Assembly (NCBI GenBank): GCA_008632985.1
Contig: QPGO01000048.1
Span: 62,001 to 126,000, forward strand
Direction of reading: 5' to 3'
Source of the DNA: Psammoneis japonica
Taxonomy: Eukaryota
Length of the DNA stretch: 64,000 nucleotides
The translations under genes were made by a program, and so were the position numbers. Of the stretch, positions 17,500-29,793 are shown one piece after another; positions within the stretch are counted from its first letter, which is position 1; each line of letters begins with the position of its first letter. The notes below the pieces were generated by a model. It saw only the letters and a list, made by a program, of their open reading frames with translations. It was not told the DNA's origin and made no database searches.

Positions 17500-20140
17500 A
17501 TGAAAGCCATTTGACTGGCTGCCCCCACAGTTTTGCCATGGCAAACAGGAGCATTGCCACACCTGTCGATGCTGCAGGGGTTGTTCATCACAACTGCCAC
17601 CATAAAAACTCACTCAGGTTTGTCAAGATCTGCAAACTTGGCACTTTTTGTGCAAAGTGCAAGACAGCAAACAGCGCCCCAGATCTGCCCCAACAACTGC
17701 TGACTGCTCATGCTGACAACCAAATGGTGGGAACACAAGCTGCAGTCAGCGCTGATGAGCTGTTCTCTTTCTGGTGCAGCCACCATCAGCACCAGCCTCT
17801 CTGCAACCTTCTGCCACTTGACTGAAAATGGAGGCTGAGCTCAGCAAGATTTTCTGAGCACTTGACTGGCATGTCTTTGTCTCTCCCTTGAAGATCTGCC
17901 TGGGCTCCAAAGAGAAACACTGCATCAAGCTCCAATTGAGGAAAATGGACCCAGAGCACCATGGGTCAGATGCTTCCAAATGCACTGCAATGAGCTGTGA
18001 GGATGCTGGATGCCCAGCCAGCAGCTGATGTGCAGTCAACCTCCAAGAGCTCACTTGCAAGGAGACCAAGAAAAATGCAAAAAACCCACTCAGGACATCA
18101 GTTTGCTCTGCCACCAAGCTCTCCTTGAAATCTGTTGAACAATGACCAAACAAGCTGAGGCACCGCCCATCCAATGCTGGCACCTCATCACAAAAAGAGA
18201 AAGGCAAAAGTCCCTCATGAGGTTGTTTGTGGAAGCCACACTCACAGCAAGAACACACAACAAAGCTGATGCTGCCAACAATGCCATCACCAACACCAAC
18301 AGAAAAGCTTGCTGCTCCTCCAAATTGAAGCAGCAGTCAAAAAAGAAACAGCAGGAGTGACTGGCACTGAAGGAGAGCAGGAAGAGATTGCCAGACTCAA
18401 CCACTGCCATCACTTGTGAACAAATGTGAGTCTGAGCCCAGAGCATGATGTTGAGTGCAATTCCGAGTCAGCAATGGCACTGGCACAGTTCATGTGTGAG
18501 ATGAATGACAGACTCTGTTCAACCAGAAAGGGTGCTTTGTTTGCCCAACAGTGCCTGCTGCATGAAGGCCTGAAAGCATTTGGACAGAAGGGGCACAATG
18601 CCTCAAAGAAGGAGTCGGACCAATCCATGACAGAGTGTGCTTTGCACCAACATCTGTCAAAGACATGACTCTGAGTGAGAGGGTCAAGGCTGTGTGTGCC
18701 TTGATGTTCCTTGCAGAGAAACAAGACAGCTGGGTTAAAGGACAAATGGTCTGCAACAGGAAACCAACCAGAGAGTGGCCAGACAAAGACAAGTCAGCCA
18801 GCCCAATGACATCATTAGAAAAAGAATGTTCATTGCTGCCATTGTTGACACTGAGGAAGGACACGACATTGTGAGTGCTGATGCACCCAACATGTTCATT
18901 CAAACTCAGGTTCCAAAAGTTGAACAAGGAAACAATCGGATCATGATGAAGATTGCAGACACATGGTCCTGGAAAAGGTCAAGAGATTCCTTTGTGTGCG
19001 AGTGATTAGAGTGACACATGGCATGTTGGTTGCAGCACTGCTGTCTGGCAGAAGAAGTTCCGCAAGGACTTGGAAAAGATTGGGTTTGTGTTTGACCCAC
19101 ATGCCCCGTGCATTGCCAATTGTGTTGTCAATGGCAAACAGCACGCAGTGAGGTTTCAGGTGGATGACCTGTTGTTGAGCCACCAGAACCCAAAAGTGAA
19201 TGACAAGTTTTTAAGTTGGCTCAACAGAATGTGTGGGAGCCACAGAAAGGCTGTCATGACTTGAGGCAAGAAGCACGACTGTCCAGGGATGACCCCTGAC
19301 TTCACAGCAAAAAGTGCAAGTGTCAGCAGACATGACCAAGTGCATCAGCAAGACAACCAACCATTTCCCCAAGGCCATTGGAGCACAGATGCTGCCACAA
19401 CACCAGCTGGAGAAAACCTGTTTGACATGGTGGCGCACAAGGTTGCCGAAAGAGAAAGTGCAAACTTTCCACAAGCCACATGTGGGTGGCCAAGGGACTG
19501 TTTGTTTCCAAAAGAGGCTGGATGTGCATCCCACAATTGTTGCATTGTGCACAAGATTCATCAGAGAACCTGCCAACAAGGATTGGGGGAAACTGGTGGT
19601 CCATTGTTTGAAACATGTGAAGTGGGCATGAATGAAGTCACAACTTTCAGTGCAAAAGACCTCCAAGTCATCAAGTGGCACATGGATGCACCCTTTGCAG
19701 TGCACATGGATTTCAAGAGCTGTGCCAGAGCAGCAGTGACCATGGATGATGGAGCAGTGCAAGCTGCTTTGGATTTCAGAAGCTGAGCACCCAAAGCAGC
19801 ACAGAAGCTGAGCCAACAGTGGTCAATGATGCAATGACCATGACATCATGGAGCAAGCTCTTCTTGGAGCACCAAGGCTGTCTAACAACAAGAACACCCC
19901 ATGCCAAGACAACATGAGTGCCATCTTGCTTGAGAAAAAACAAGTGCAGGAGTGCAGGAAGCTTCCAGAGCTCTCAATGTTTGGTGCTTCTTTGTGACCA
20001 GCAATCAATTGAGAAAGGCAACCTGAGGGTGCAATGCTGTCCAACCCATGACATGTTGGGAGACTTCAAGACAAGTTGTTGCAAGGCAAGAAGTTTCAGA
20101 AATTCAAACAAGCTGTCATGGGGCATCAAATGGCAAGTGT
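17500..20140 (+). mobile_element. Degenerate Ty1/copia (CoDi-type) pol remnant: RT and RNase H, with a probable integrase remnant upstream; many stops and frameshifts
   Basis: Relics of conserved motifs: LMFLAEKQDSWVKGQMVCNRKPTREW, SADAPNMFIQT, HGMLVAALL, FDPHAPCIAN, RFQVDDLLLSH, KHDCPGMT, KWHMDAPFAVHMDFKS, QSSTEAE, CQDNMSAILLEK, CCPTHDMLGDF. The left boundary is approximate. Confidence 0.9.
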
Positions 20141-23100
20141 GACAGGCAGAGTTCCTGTCCAGTACATCAGACAAGAGTTCTGATGTGCACAGGTGAAAGA
20201 TCCCTGATTCATGGGTGAGAGATCCCCATGTGATGCCAAGACCTTCAAGCAGCCAAGAGATGAATGGTTCATGACACTTTGATGGGATGCAGAGGGTCTG
20301 CAATGCTTGTCAAGAACAAGCCAGGATGAGCACTGGAACAACTGTGCATGACATGAAGACACAGTGCTGGCCAAAGAATTGTTGGATGGACATTGAAACA
20401 GTCAGGTGGCTGTTGGACTTCACAAGGCCAACAAATCTTTATGTGAGGAAAGGAGAGAAGAACAACTGCAGCAAGAATGGGTGACTGGAGAACAGAGCTC
20501 ATCAAGCAATTCACTGAGAGTGCACTGGCAAAACCTCAGATGAGGGCCATGAGTCCTCTTCAGCAGAGACCACCAATCATTGGAAATTGAAAGGCAACAG
20601 ACATGAGAGATGCCCTGGACTGTGTCCAGCTTGTGACTTGAAGAAACAGAAGATGAGAATGCAATCACTCATTTGACATCATGGGTGGAATCAAACAATG
20701 CACTTTGACCAAAATGGGCTGAACTGTGCAAGAGAAGATTTGAGCTCATTGAGGACCCACATGTGTGTTGCATTGTAAGTTGGTCCCCAGAGATTGATGA
20801 GTGTGTGTCTGCTGCCCAACTGATGATTTCCATGCATGACAATTTTGAAACCTTGAAGAAAACATCAGGGACAAAGCTGGGTTCATGCACCTGACTGAGG
20901 AATGTTGGCAGATTGTTGGAAGTGATGTCCACAGTAACAAGTCAAATTTTGCACCAATTGGAGATTGACACGGCATTTTAGCAAGACATTTGACAAAACA
21001 ACAGTGGCAGGCTCGGGGGTGACAACTTGCAGTTGGCCCTGAGTGGACAAGATGCCAACCATCTGAGAGAACGGTTGAGTGTGAGTTGTCCCCCGTGCAG
21101 CATGGACATGGATGGGAGCTGTGGTCTCCCAAAAAGTGTCATGACAAAGCCAATGGGACATGAGACTGCTTCAGAGTGGTCAGGGATCCAACCAGAGTGA
21201 TTTTTGATGCCAGAAAATTGGCGCCATTTTTCCACCACAATGTTGAGGTTGCAAAGCTGGGTTTGACATGGACATGTCACAGAATGGAATTTTCAGAAAT
21301 GTGTCCAGAGAGAGTCAACAGATGGATTGAGCAACTGCTTGTTGGTTTGTTGGACAATGATGTGAAAGAGATTGTTCATCAAGCCTGCATCAGGCATTTT
21401 GTGGATGCCATGGAAGGACACACCCACAGGTTTCAAGATGATTGATTTCTCAGACAGCACATGTTGTGCCAATCTGTGGTGCAACAGCCAAGACATTGAA
21501 AATGCTGATGGTGCAAGTGGTGTCCCAGACAAGGAAATTGTCCAGCACCTCATCCCAAATCCTCAGAACACCAGTGAGAGCAGCAGGGGTGTGTTGGAGC
21601 ACACCTGACTTTGAGGGGCATCACGTGTGACCCAGAAATGAAGAATTTTCATCTTTTGAGCTCTGAAGTGGCAAGTTGATGCTGCTCTTTGGAGGTTTTT
21701 CTCTTTTCATTGATCACAATCTTACCAACTTTTTGTGCTCACTCTTTAAGCAAATCATCTGGTTTTGCCATCTGGATCATCATCTGGATTGTCAAGAACA
21801 ACAAGTGGCACCTGTCACTGTCCAAACAATCTGTTCAACACATGTGCGATGTTCAATGCAAGACAAACCACAGCTGAAACAGTCACCAGGGCAAGTGCAA
21901 TGATTGGCACAGGAAGCCTTGGGATTCCCTTTGGGCAACATTGACTGCCAATTCAACAACCCAAAAGTGCATCTGACCCAACTGGATGCCACCACCTTGA
22001 AGTTTGCTGACATCATCCAATGCTGCCATGCAACCTCAAAGCCAGACTCTTGAAGCTCTTTGCCAAATGCAGAGGCAGAGCCAACTTTCCAACTCAACAA
22101 TTTGCTGCACTTTCACCTTCCAAAAAAAAACCACTTTGTGTTGCTGTCCATGCCCAATGAGAGCTTGGGCCCTGTCATCATCAAAAAGACACAATGCACA
22201 TCAAAGTGGTGCTCTGCAACCATCTGGATGATGCATTTCAGGCACCAATCTCTGAGCAAGTTTGGTGCCCAAGTGCACAAATGCTGGCTCAAAAACACTC
22301 CCAGCAACTGGCTCAAAAAGCACAAAGTCAGCCTCCCATTGCAGACACAAGTTTCTGAAACATCAACTCAAGACTGACAAAAATCCCTTTTCCATTTTCT
22401 GCCTCACTTTAAAGATGCACAAGCTTCCACTGCTCTGACCCCACCTGATCATCATCTGGGCAGCAGATGACAACAAGCTCCAGCAAGTCACCAAGAGCTG
22501 CCAAAGTGGCTGCACTTTAAGAGCTTGCTGAACCTCAAGAACAAACTGATCTAGATGAGGAAATCCGCCAAGCTGGCTTCTCTTCTCATCTGCCATCAAG
22601 CAGGCTTGCTGCTCCAACATGCTCACCACCAAAAATCTCGTTGAGAAATTGCTCCTGCACCCCTTGCCAACAACGTGCACACAAACTGCCAAGATCTGCA
22701 CATGGCCATCTGGAAAATGCAGTTGCTCTTTTCAGAGCCAAAGTTTGCTCCACAACAAGAAGCCTGTGTTCTTGTTGAGTGCTCCTTCATTGCAACAAAT
22801 GGCTTTTTGCAGCTGACCAAATCATCAAAGCAGAAAACCAGACTCAAGACAAAATTGGGTCTCACAATGAATGGGCTCTTTGCAAGAGGATTTTTGAACA
22901 TGTTCGCGTGCAATTGTTGTGAATTTCTGTGTGTGCATCCACAGCATTGACAAAACTGGCATTTCAGGAAACAACAATGAAGAAACAAATGTGGCTCATT
23001 TCTGTGCACACACACCCTGACACCCAAGCAAGTCAACTGGGCTGAAGCATGCTGACAACTTGATTTGTTCATTTGTCAACTGGTGTGCATTTTGAAATTT

Positions 23101-26100
23101 TGGTTTCCAAAAATGTTTGTTTTCGGCACTGGCATTGTTTGGCACTTGGGGCATGCTCTTGTTCCATGCTGTCATTCCATTGTCTTTGCTCCCTCTGTTC
23201 TTTGAGCTGCCCCTCCCACAGTCTCTTGCAGTCTGTCTCACAGCACATGTTTCTGTTGTTGGCTGTGCTGCCATCAGAGCAATCCCTGGTGGAAGACAGC
23301 AGAGATGTTTTGAGCTTGGCATGTTTTGTGTGGCAAGCATGGCACAATGCTGCTGTTTCTGCTCACCTGTGTGCAATGTTGTGGCAATTTGTTTCTCATC
23401 CTTGGCTGTTTTTGTCAACTTGTTGGATTTTCAAAAAAGAAGAAATTTCAAAAGCACTGGTTTGTTGTTTGCTGCAAGCTCCTTGCTCTTGTGCCACACT
23501 TGTGACCTCTCACCTTTCTCATGGCATTTTTCATTGGCATGTGCAGAGCCCTGGATTTTGTTGGTGCCTTGCAGCAATGTTGTCATTGCTTGTGTGCTGC
23601 TTGGGTGCATCATCCTGTGTTTTTGTGTTGTTTTGTCTGGCGGTGATGTGGCTTTTTTGCCATGGAGCCAAGCCACCAGTTGGCCTGGTGATCATGGCAT
23701 GCATCATTCTGCAAACAGTCATTCTTCTTTGCAACCCTTTTGGCACATTTGTTTTTGAAGTTTGAGGCTGTTCAAATCAGCTTAAATCAATCATTTTGTT
23801 GGTCTTCACCAACAAAGCATTTTTGTTTGTTTGCCAGCTGGGTGTTGAACATTGTTTCACAATCAGATGCAGTGCATTTGTTTTCAAAGAAGATTGATGT
23901 CTCAGTCATTGTGACCTCTGAATCAACTCTTGTTCAGAGCAAAATCTTCACAGCTGTGCTGGTCTGAGCAGTTTGTTTGTTTGCATCTGTGGGACTCACA
24001 ACAACTTTTTTGGCTGTTGCAGCCAGCCATTCTCATCGTGTTTGAATCTTGCAGGCAACAAGAGGTCAAAAGAGGTGGCAGAGTTGGTCATGCAGGGCCA
24101 CAGCCCTGAACACAATGTGCCTGAAAAGAGCCAAAGCAGCAGCCCCTGGAGACGTGGGGGGCCACTGCAGCTGCAGCACCTCCTGCCAATGTTCTTCCAC
24201 CCCAACAAGTGGTTTCCCATGCCAGTGCAGCCATGTGCTGTTGTGACCCCATGTCACCTTGTCCCCAGAGGGTCAGTGCAGACTTGAGCTCCCCAACTTG
24301 AGAGCAAAGCAGCCCCATGATGGGCCCAACCAACCCAACAAGCAACAGCAGACTGAGAGCACTGGTGGTCTCTGATGGACCCCAGGCAACCAACATTTCA
24401 AAAACTGTGGCAGCCCTGGTTGAGTGTTGCAAGGTTGACACTGTGGTGTTGTGACCCCATGTTGCCTTGTCCCCAACAGCAGCAGACTTTGAATTTCCAA
24501 GCACCTGAGTGAAAGGATCCCATGATGGTGACAGTGCCAGCCAACCTGAAAACAGCAAGCTGAGGGCATTGGTGGTTTCTTTGTTTCTGTTTGTTGGAGG
24601 CAACAAAGAGCTGCTGTGATGAGTGGGCAAGCCATCCTCCATTTCATTCTGACCTGACATGCAGCAAGAACAGATCTTGCAGGCAGATTGGCTGGGATGT
24701 GGCTGGGATGCAAGCCACGCAAATTTTTGAGGCTTGTGGCCTTTGCAAAGCTTTCCTGCTGTGAGTTGTGGAGAGCAAGTCTTTGCAGTCAATCTTTTGT
24801 CAATGATGCAGTGGCTGCAATGTGGCATCAAACATCCATGCCAACCTTTGCACAAAAAATGAACCAATGTCAAATGAAATTCCACCACCAAAGCCTTGAT
24901 TGCAACTGCCACTCAATCAGCCCAACCCCCCATCAGCTGAGTGAATGGAGAATGCTCACCCTTGTTCTCTCCAACAAGCAAATTAGTGCCAGCACTTTGA
25001 CAAGCATGGCATCCAAACAACCTTTGCAATCTTCTGCAAGAGAGACAAAAATGGTGCATTTACAGAGCAACAACCAAGAGCTGTGCAGAAAGTGGACACG
25101 ATTTGGTGTTCACTGGCAGAAATCCAATGCCAAAGCCAAAACAGTGCACACCGCACATGCATGGACCCAAACAAAAACACAAAATAACTCACAACCATGT
25201 CAGCCTCAATGACTTGGCACCCACCAAAAATGTTTGCAGCACATTTGTTGTCAATGGATGGCTTGAAAGTGGTGCTCAATGAAGTGCAAATTGACCCTCA
25301 CTGCATCTGGGTTGATGTCAGGATTTGTCAAATTGTGATGTGATGATGATGAGGATGGGTCAGTTGGCTGAGCATTTGTGGCAGCAGGAAGCATGAATGA
25401 CAACAGGGGGATCAAATGATGACATGGCCATTGTGAGGGGCTGCTCAACATTGTGAATTGGGGTCTGGAGTGCAAGCTCACATTGGCAGAAGGACAGGAT
25501 CCAAACTTGCAACTGTTTTGTCTGTTAAAAGAGGATTGGTCCAACCATGTTGTGAGCAGTTGTTGTGAATGTTGGAGAGTGGCCGCAAGCAGGGAAGACA
25601 TGACTCCCTTCAAAAGTTTCTCAAGCTCAATTGATGGTGGGTCATTTGGGTTGCATGGCACATGTGGAGGAAGATGGGGTCACACAGGGGCTCTGACAAC
25701 TCCAAAAATGGAGCTGGTGCTTTGTGGGAAAGTGGCTTCAGTTTGTCAAGAAGTGACACTCCAGGGACATGCTGAGCTGAGTGTTGCTGGGCACACAAGC
25801 ACCAACTCATTTCATTTTTGTGCAGTCTTTGCATGGGTGCACGGGCCTTCTTGGAGTGAAATGGTGAGGTTCACTGAGTTGACTTTTTGTGAGATCTGGG
25901 CTTGTGACCCAGGTGGTGGCCCTGTCAGCGTCACTCAGCCTGAAGGCAAATGCTGCCCAGCAGTCATCATTGGTGATTTGCCAGATGCACAGTGGCATGC
26001 CAAAGGGGTTGATGGTGTGCCCCCACACTGTCCCATTGGACTGGCACCAACAAGCAGCATCACCAAATGTGCAAACAGTTGTTTTTTTCACAATGACTCA

Positions 26101-28264
26101 CAGTGCTTCAATGAGAGCTTCCATCTGCAACATGTTTTTGTGCTTGATGAGAAGATCAATTGATGAGCAGAAATGAAATTTTTACATGTGTGGTTGCACT
26201 CTTGACACGTGCAACACATTTTCAAAACTCAACCAAGGTGGCCACTGTCACTTAAATTCCAAACAATGTTTTGACACTGGCTGTGTTTTGGTCACAAATC
26301 TGGCATTGCAAAAGGCATCATTTTGGTCTGCAGTTGGGTTTTCCAGTGGTTGGGGATTTGCAATGTTTTGTTTTGTGGCCCAGCATTTTGTTTAGAGTTG
26401 ATTCATTTGTTTGGAAGAGCTTCAGCTCAAATGTCCATCGCATGATTTTGTTTTGTTTCTGCTGCATTTTTGTTTCTTTGTTGCATCCTTTGGCACCACA
26501 CAGCTCAGCCACCAACCCACTGTTCACTCAACAATGGTGTGCCCCTCTGTTGCAGTCTCTCCTGTGTCTCTGTTGCATGTCTGACAACAATGAGAAGAGT
26601 CTCCTTTTTCAAAATGCACATCAGATGGGCTGGGTGACCATGCATCACAGCCACTCCTGCAACCTCAGGAACCTCCTTTGGGACCCTTTGCATTTTGTGG
26701 GCTCCTGCTCATGGTGTGGCAGCCAGAATCTAAGTCTCTTTTGCTGCTGCCAGAGGGAGGAAGATGTGTTTGTCATTTGTTGTTGGCACAATGCTGGGCC
26801 GTCAATCTTGCTTCTTTGAGCATGAAGTTGAGCTTTCAAGGCCCACTTTCTGGGGCAAAATTTGAATTTTTTTACACCATGGGCACCCAAAGAGCCAGCA
26901 AGGCCAGCCAACCCCTGCCACTTTTCCTTCACACTTGTGAGAAAGGCTGTGATGCAGTGCAAGCGACAACAAGTTGGAGCAGAGAGGAGCCAATGTGTGC
27001 AGCCAGATGTGCTGCAAACACGAACATGGACAAAAAGAAAGAGCAAAGAGGGTGAGAGGGCTCATGAGAGACTCTTGGCCCAGCCAGGCCCCAGTGCAGC
27101 AATGTGGCTTGTCTCTTTTCTCTTTGTTCCTTCTCATCAACAGGGGCCAAAAGCGCTGAGCCACACCGCAGAGAGGCGCAAGCGCATGCTCTCCACCACC
27201 CTCTCATGCAACAAACAGCAGAGGCAGTGTCAAGAGAGTCATGTCTCATGCACACCACACATGACACAAGCAATGCAACATGCAATGCATCATCATCAAC
27301 AAGTGTCTGTCTCTGTGCACCTTCACAGCACCAAGCACCCCCAAGTGGCGGCCGGAGAGCCTCACAACCCTGGGCTGTGCCGCTGGGGCAAACTGCCCCA
27401 TAAAAATGCAGTGCGAGTTTCTGCCAGCCGTGTGGCATTTCTTTGTTATTTGTGTTGGCAGTCATGAATGTAAAAGTTTCTTCGTTTGCGAGTGCCGTAC
27501 GAGCATGATGTGGGCCCTAAATGTTAGACTGCCGCACCGCATGTGATCGAAAGACATTTTCTCGAAACAGCTGGTGGGGCATCTGCAAGAGACTTCAGGC
27601 ACGCAATGACGCACCGAGAGAGGCTGACGTTTCTTTGTTGGTTGACATCCCCATTAAATGAATCATTTAATAATTTTTCGGAATTTTGTTTAACAATGCA
27701 CTAGAGTCGTTAATTGGTTGTATTGACAGAAGATGAATGGGCAATGTGGGGACTTCTACTTCACTTCCGTGCAACGCAGAAGCCACTTATGCCGCCGTAC
27801 CGTATATACCTGAATGTACGTAAGATGGCGTTCGTTCAAATCAATCACCTTTTACAGTATTTTGATCGACATGCTCACATCCAACGAAACGAAGAACACC
27901 GAATCGGAACTACTTAGCCCTACAACCAAAGAAGTGCTGAAAAAACTTGCGAGATAGAGCACCAAGCAGTGGGCGGGGAAGTGGGATACTATTTTTGAGG
28001 GAAAAGTGAGGGTATTCTACGATAACTAAAAACAACACTACAAATTCAAAAAATAATCAAACAGAAATTCAAAATTGCAGAAGATGAATTCGGCATCTTC
28101 GGATAGGTCAGGAGCAGGTGTGCCGCCAAACTTCTCAGCATTGACGTTCCTCTGGGCGCTGCGTCAGCAACAATTCAGGATTCGTCGGTATCCTCTCGAC
28201 ACTTCTATGGAACAACAAGTTCGAACGCGTCTCTTAACTCGTCTTCTTTTCGGAGGCGGCAACG

Positions 28265-29484
28265 ATGGTTCTAGGAGGCTCATCATCCGCTTCACATACG
28301 GGCGCATTCCTTTTGAGTTTACAAAGCAACAAATCACTCGAACAGAAAGATCTACCGGCGTTTGTTAAGGAGCACAATGCCGCTCTTTCTTTCCCTGAGA
28401 AGGTAAGGCTGGGTTTCTACCGTTTGTTGGTTCGCGCCTACATAGAGATGCGAAAGGCCCTAACGAGATTAAACTGCTGATTTCCAACCACAGCTGATGA
28501 TCATGCTGACCCATGTAGACAAAGAGTTGTCCAATTCGAAGAACAAGGCAAGCACAGCTGAAGCAGAACAGCCCTGTATCTATTGGATCCTGAATGGCCG
28601 TGCGTTCATCATCCGCGACAGAGAGGCTCTTGTGAAGGACCTTCTGCCTCTCTTTTTCAAGGAAACAAAGTTCAATTCCTTCACTCGTAAGCTCTACAGG
28701 TGAGTTGGGCACATACTATCGCATGGGTGACGATGCAGATGCGTAAAGTGCTGTTTGAATTCGTCCTTTGACGATCAGCACTAAAAAACTAGGTTTGCTG
28801 TTCTTTATACTGTAGGTGGGGGTTTCGACAAGTCAATTTCGTGTCGGAGAAAGTGTACAACAACGTCGCGAGATGATCTTTGGCCATGATCACTTTCAGC
28901 GGGACAACAAGCAGTTGATAGTAGGAATGAAGAGCACCACTGCTGCAGGGAGGAGGAGAGCGGTTGCTGCAGCGCAGATGCGTGACCATGAGCAGCACTA
29001 TGTCAGTTCGTCTCGGGGTTTCGTGTTAGAGAACGAAAACCCCGCGCAGGCTGCAAAGCTTGTCGGTTCTGTTGCTGGCTCCAAAAGAGCTCCTACGGAG
29101 GAGCTTGAACAAGCTCTCAAGAAGAAGACTGCGTTAAGCTCAAATGTGCCTGCTCCTCAACAATTGTCAATGATGCAACTGTCAACCCCAAGGTTTCTTC
29201 AGATTGGGCATTCCTTTGCTCACGTTCCTGGCGGAGGTGCTCAAGGATTTGGGAGATCTCTATATCATCCTCAGCAGGGAATACTGCAGAGAAGCGAGCA
29301 GCTTGCGAGCCCTTACTTGCCAAGCCTCCCGCAGCCCTCTGCGACTATGCATCAAGCTACTTTACCAGGAGGAGTGGTGCACGGCGAATCTGGTAGCGAG
29401 GCCGATAGCGATCAAGCACCGTCAAAGAGAGAAAGGAACGACCGGGCGAAGAGCGGCATCGACTTGTTGCTGCGGTATTCATAG
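28265..29484 (+). CDS. Heat shock factor (HSF DNA-binding domain) transcription factor; 3 exons, apparent 1-nt frameshift at ~28838; start uncertain (could be 28084)
   Basis: SFPEK|LMIML, CIYWILNGRAFII, LLPLFFKETKFNSFTRKLYR|WGFRQV, FGHDHFQRD. Introns ~28403-28492 and ~28700-28815. Confidence 0.9.
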
Positions 29485-29793
29485 TGAAGCGCAGTCGATA
29501 CACACTAGCTACAGTATGCCGGTGCTTGCTTCGTTTCCAATGCCCTTGTGCATACCAAGGTATATGCACATCAACAGGCGTTCAATCTAAAGCTCTTTCT
29601 CTACACGCCTGCTGGGTTAGGTGCGTTCTTTCATATCAACAACTACATACTATATATTCAAAGGCGACAACTGAAGGGTAACCAGCGCTACAACAACAAT
29701 AATACATTCCACTTTCATCCCCTCTAGTAGAGGGTAGCTTAAAGAAAAACTACTAGGAACACGATTTGGGTCAACTCTGGACTAATGGTTGAT

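Larger units (their letters stand above)
16415..27470. other. TpA- and CpG-depleted, TpG/CpA-rich domain of decayed repeats (domain 1)
   Basis: Abrupt compositional switch. Only about 30 TA dinucleotides seen by eye in ~11 kb. ORF translations nearly lack Tyr and are rich in Cys/His. Confidence 0.95.

Noticed and set aside
16415..27470. Many overlapping 60-270 aa Cys/His-rich ORFs as real genes or zinc-finger proteins
   Set aside because: TA loss removes TAA/TAG stops and Tyr codons, inflating ORF number on all frames. No coherent domains apart from the copia relic.
16415..27470. Horizontal transfer, contamination or an alternative genetic code explaining the odd composition
   Set aside because: The content is host-type copia relics with graded edges, and the LTR and array comparisons show in situ mutation.
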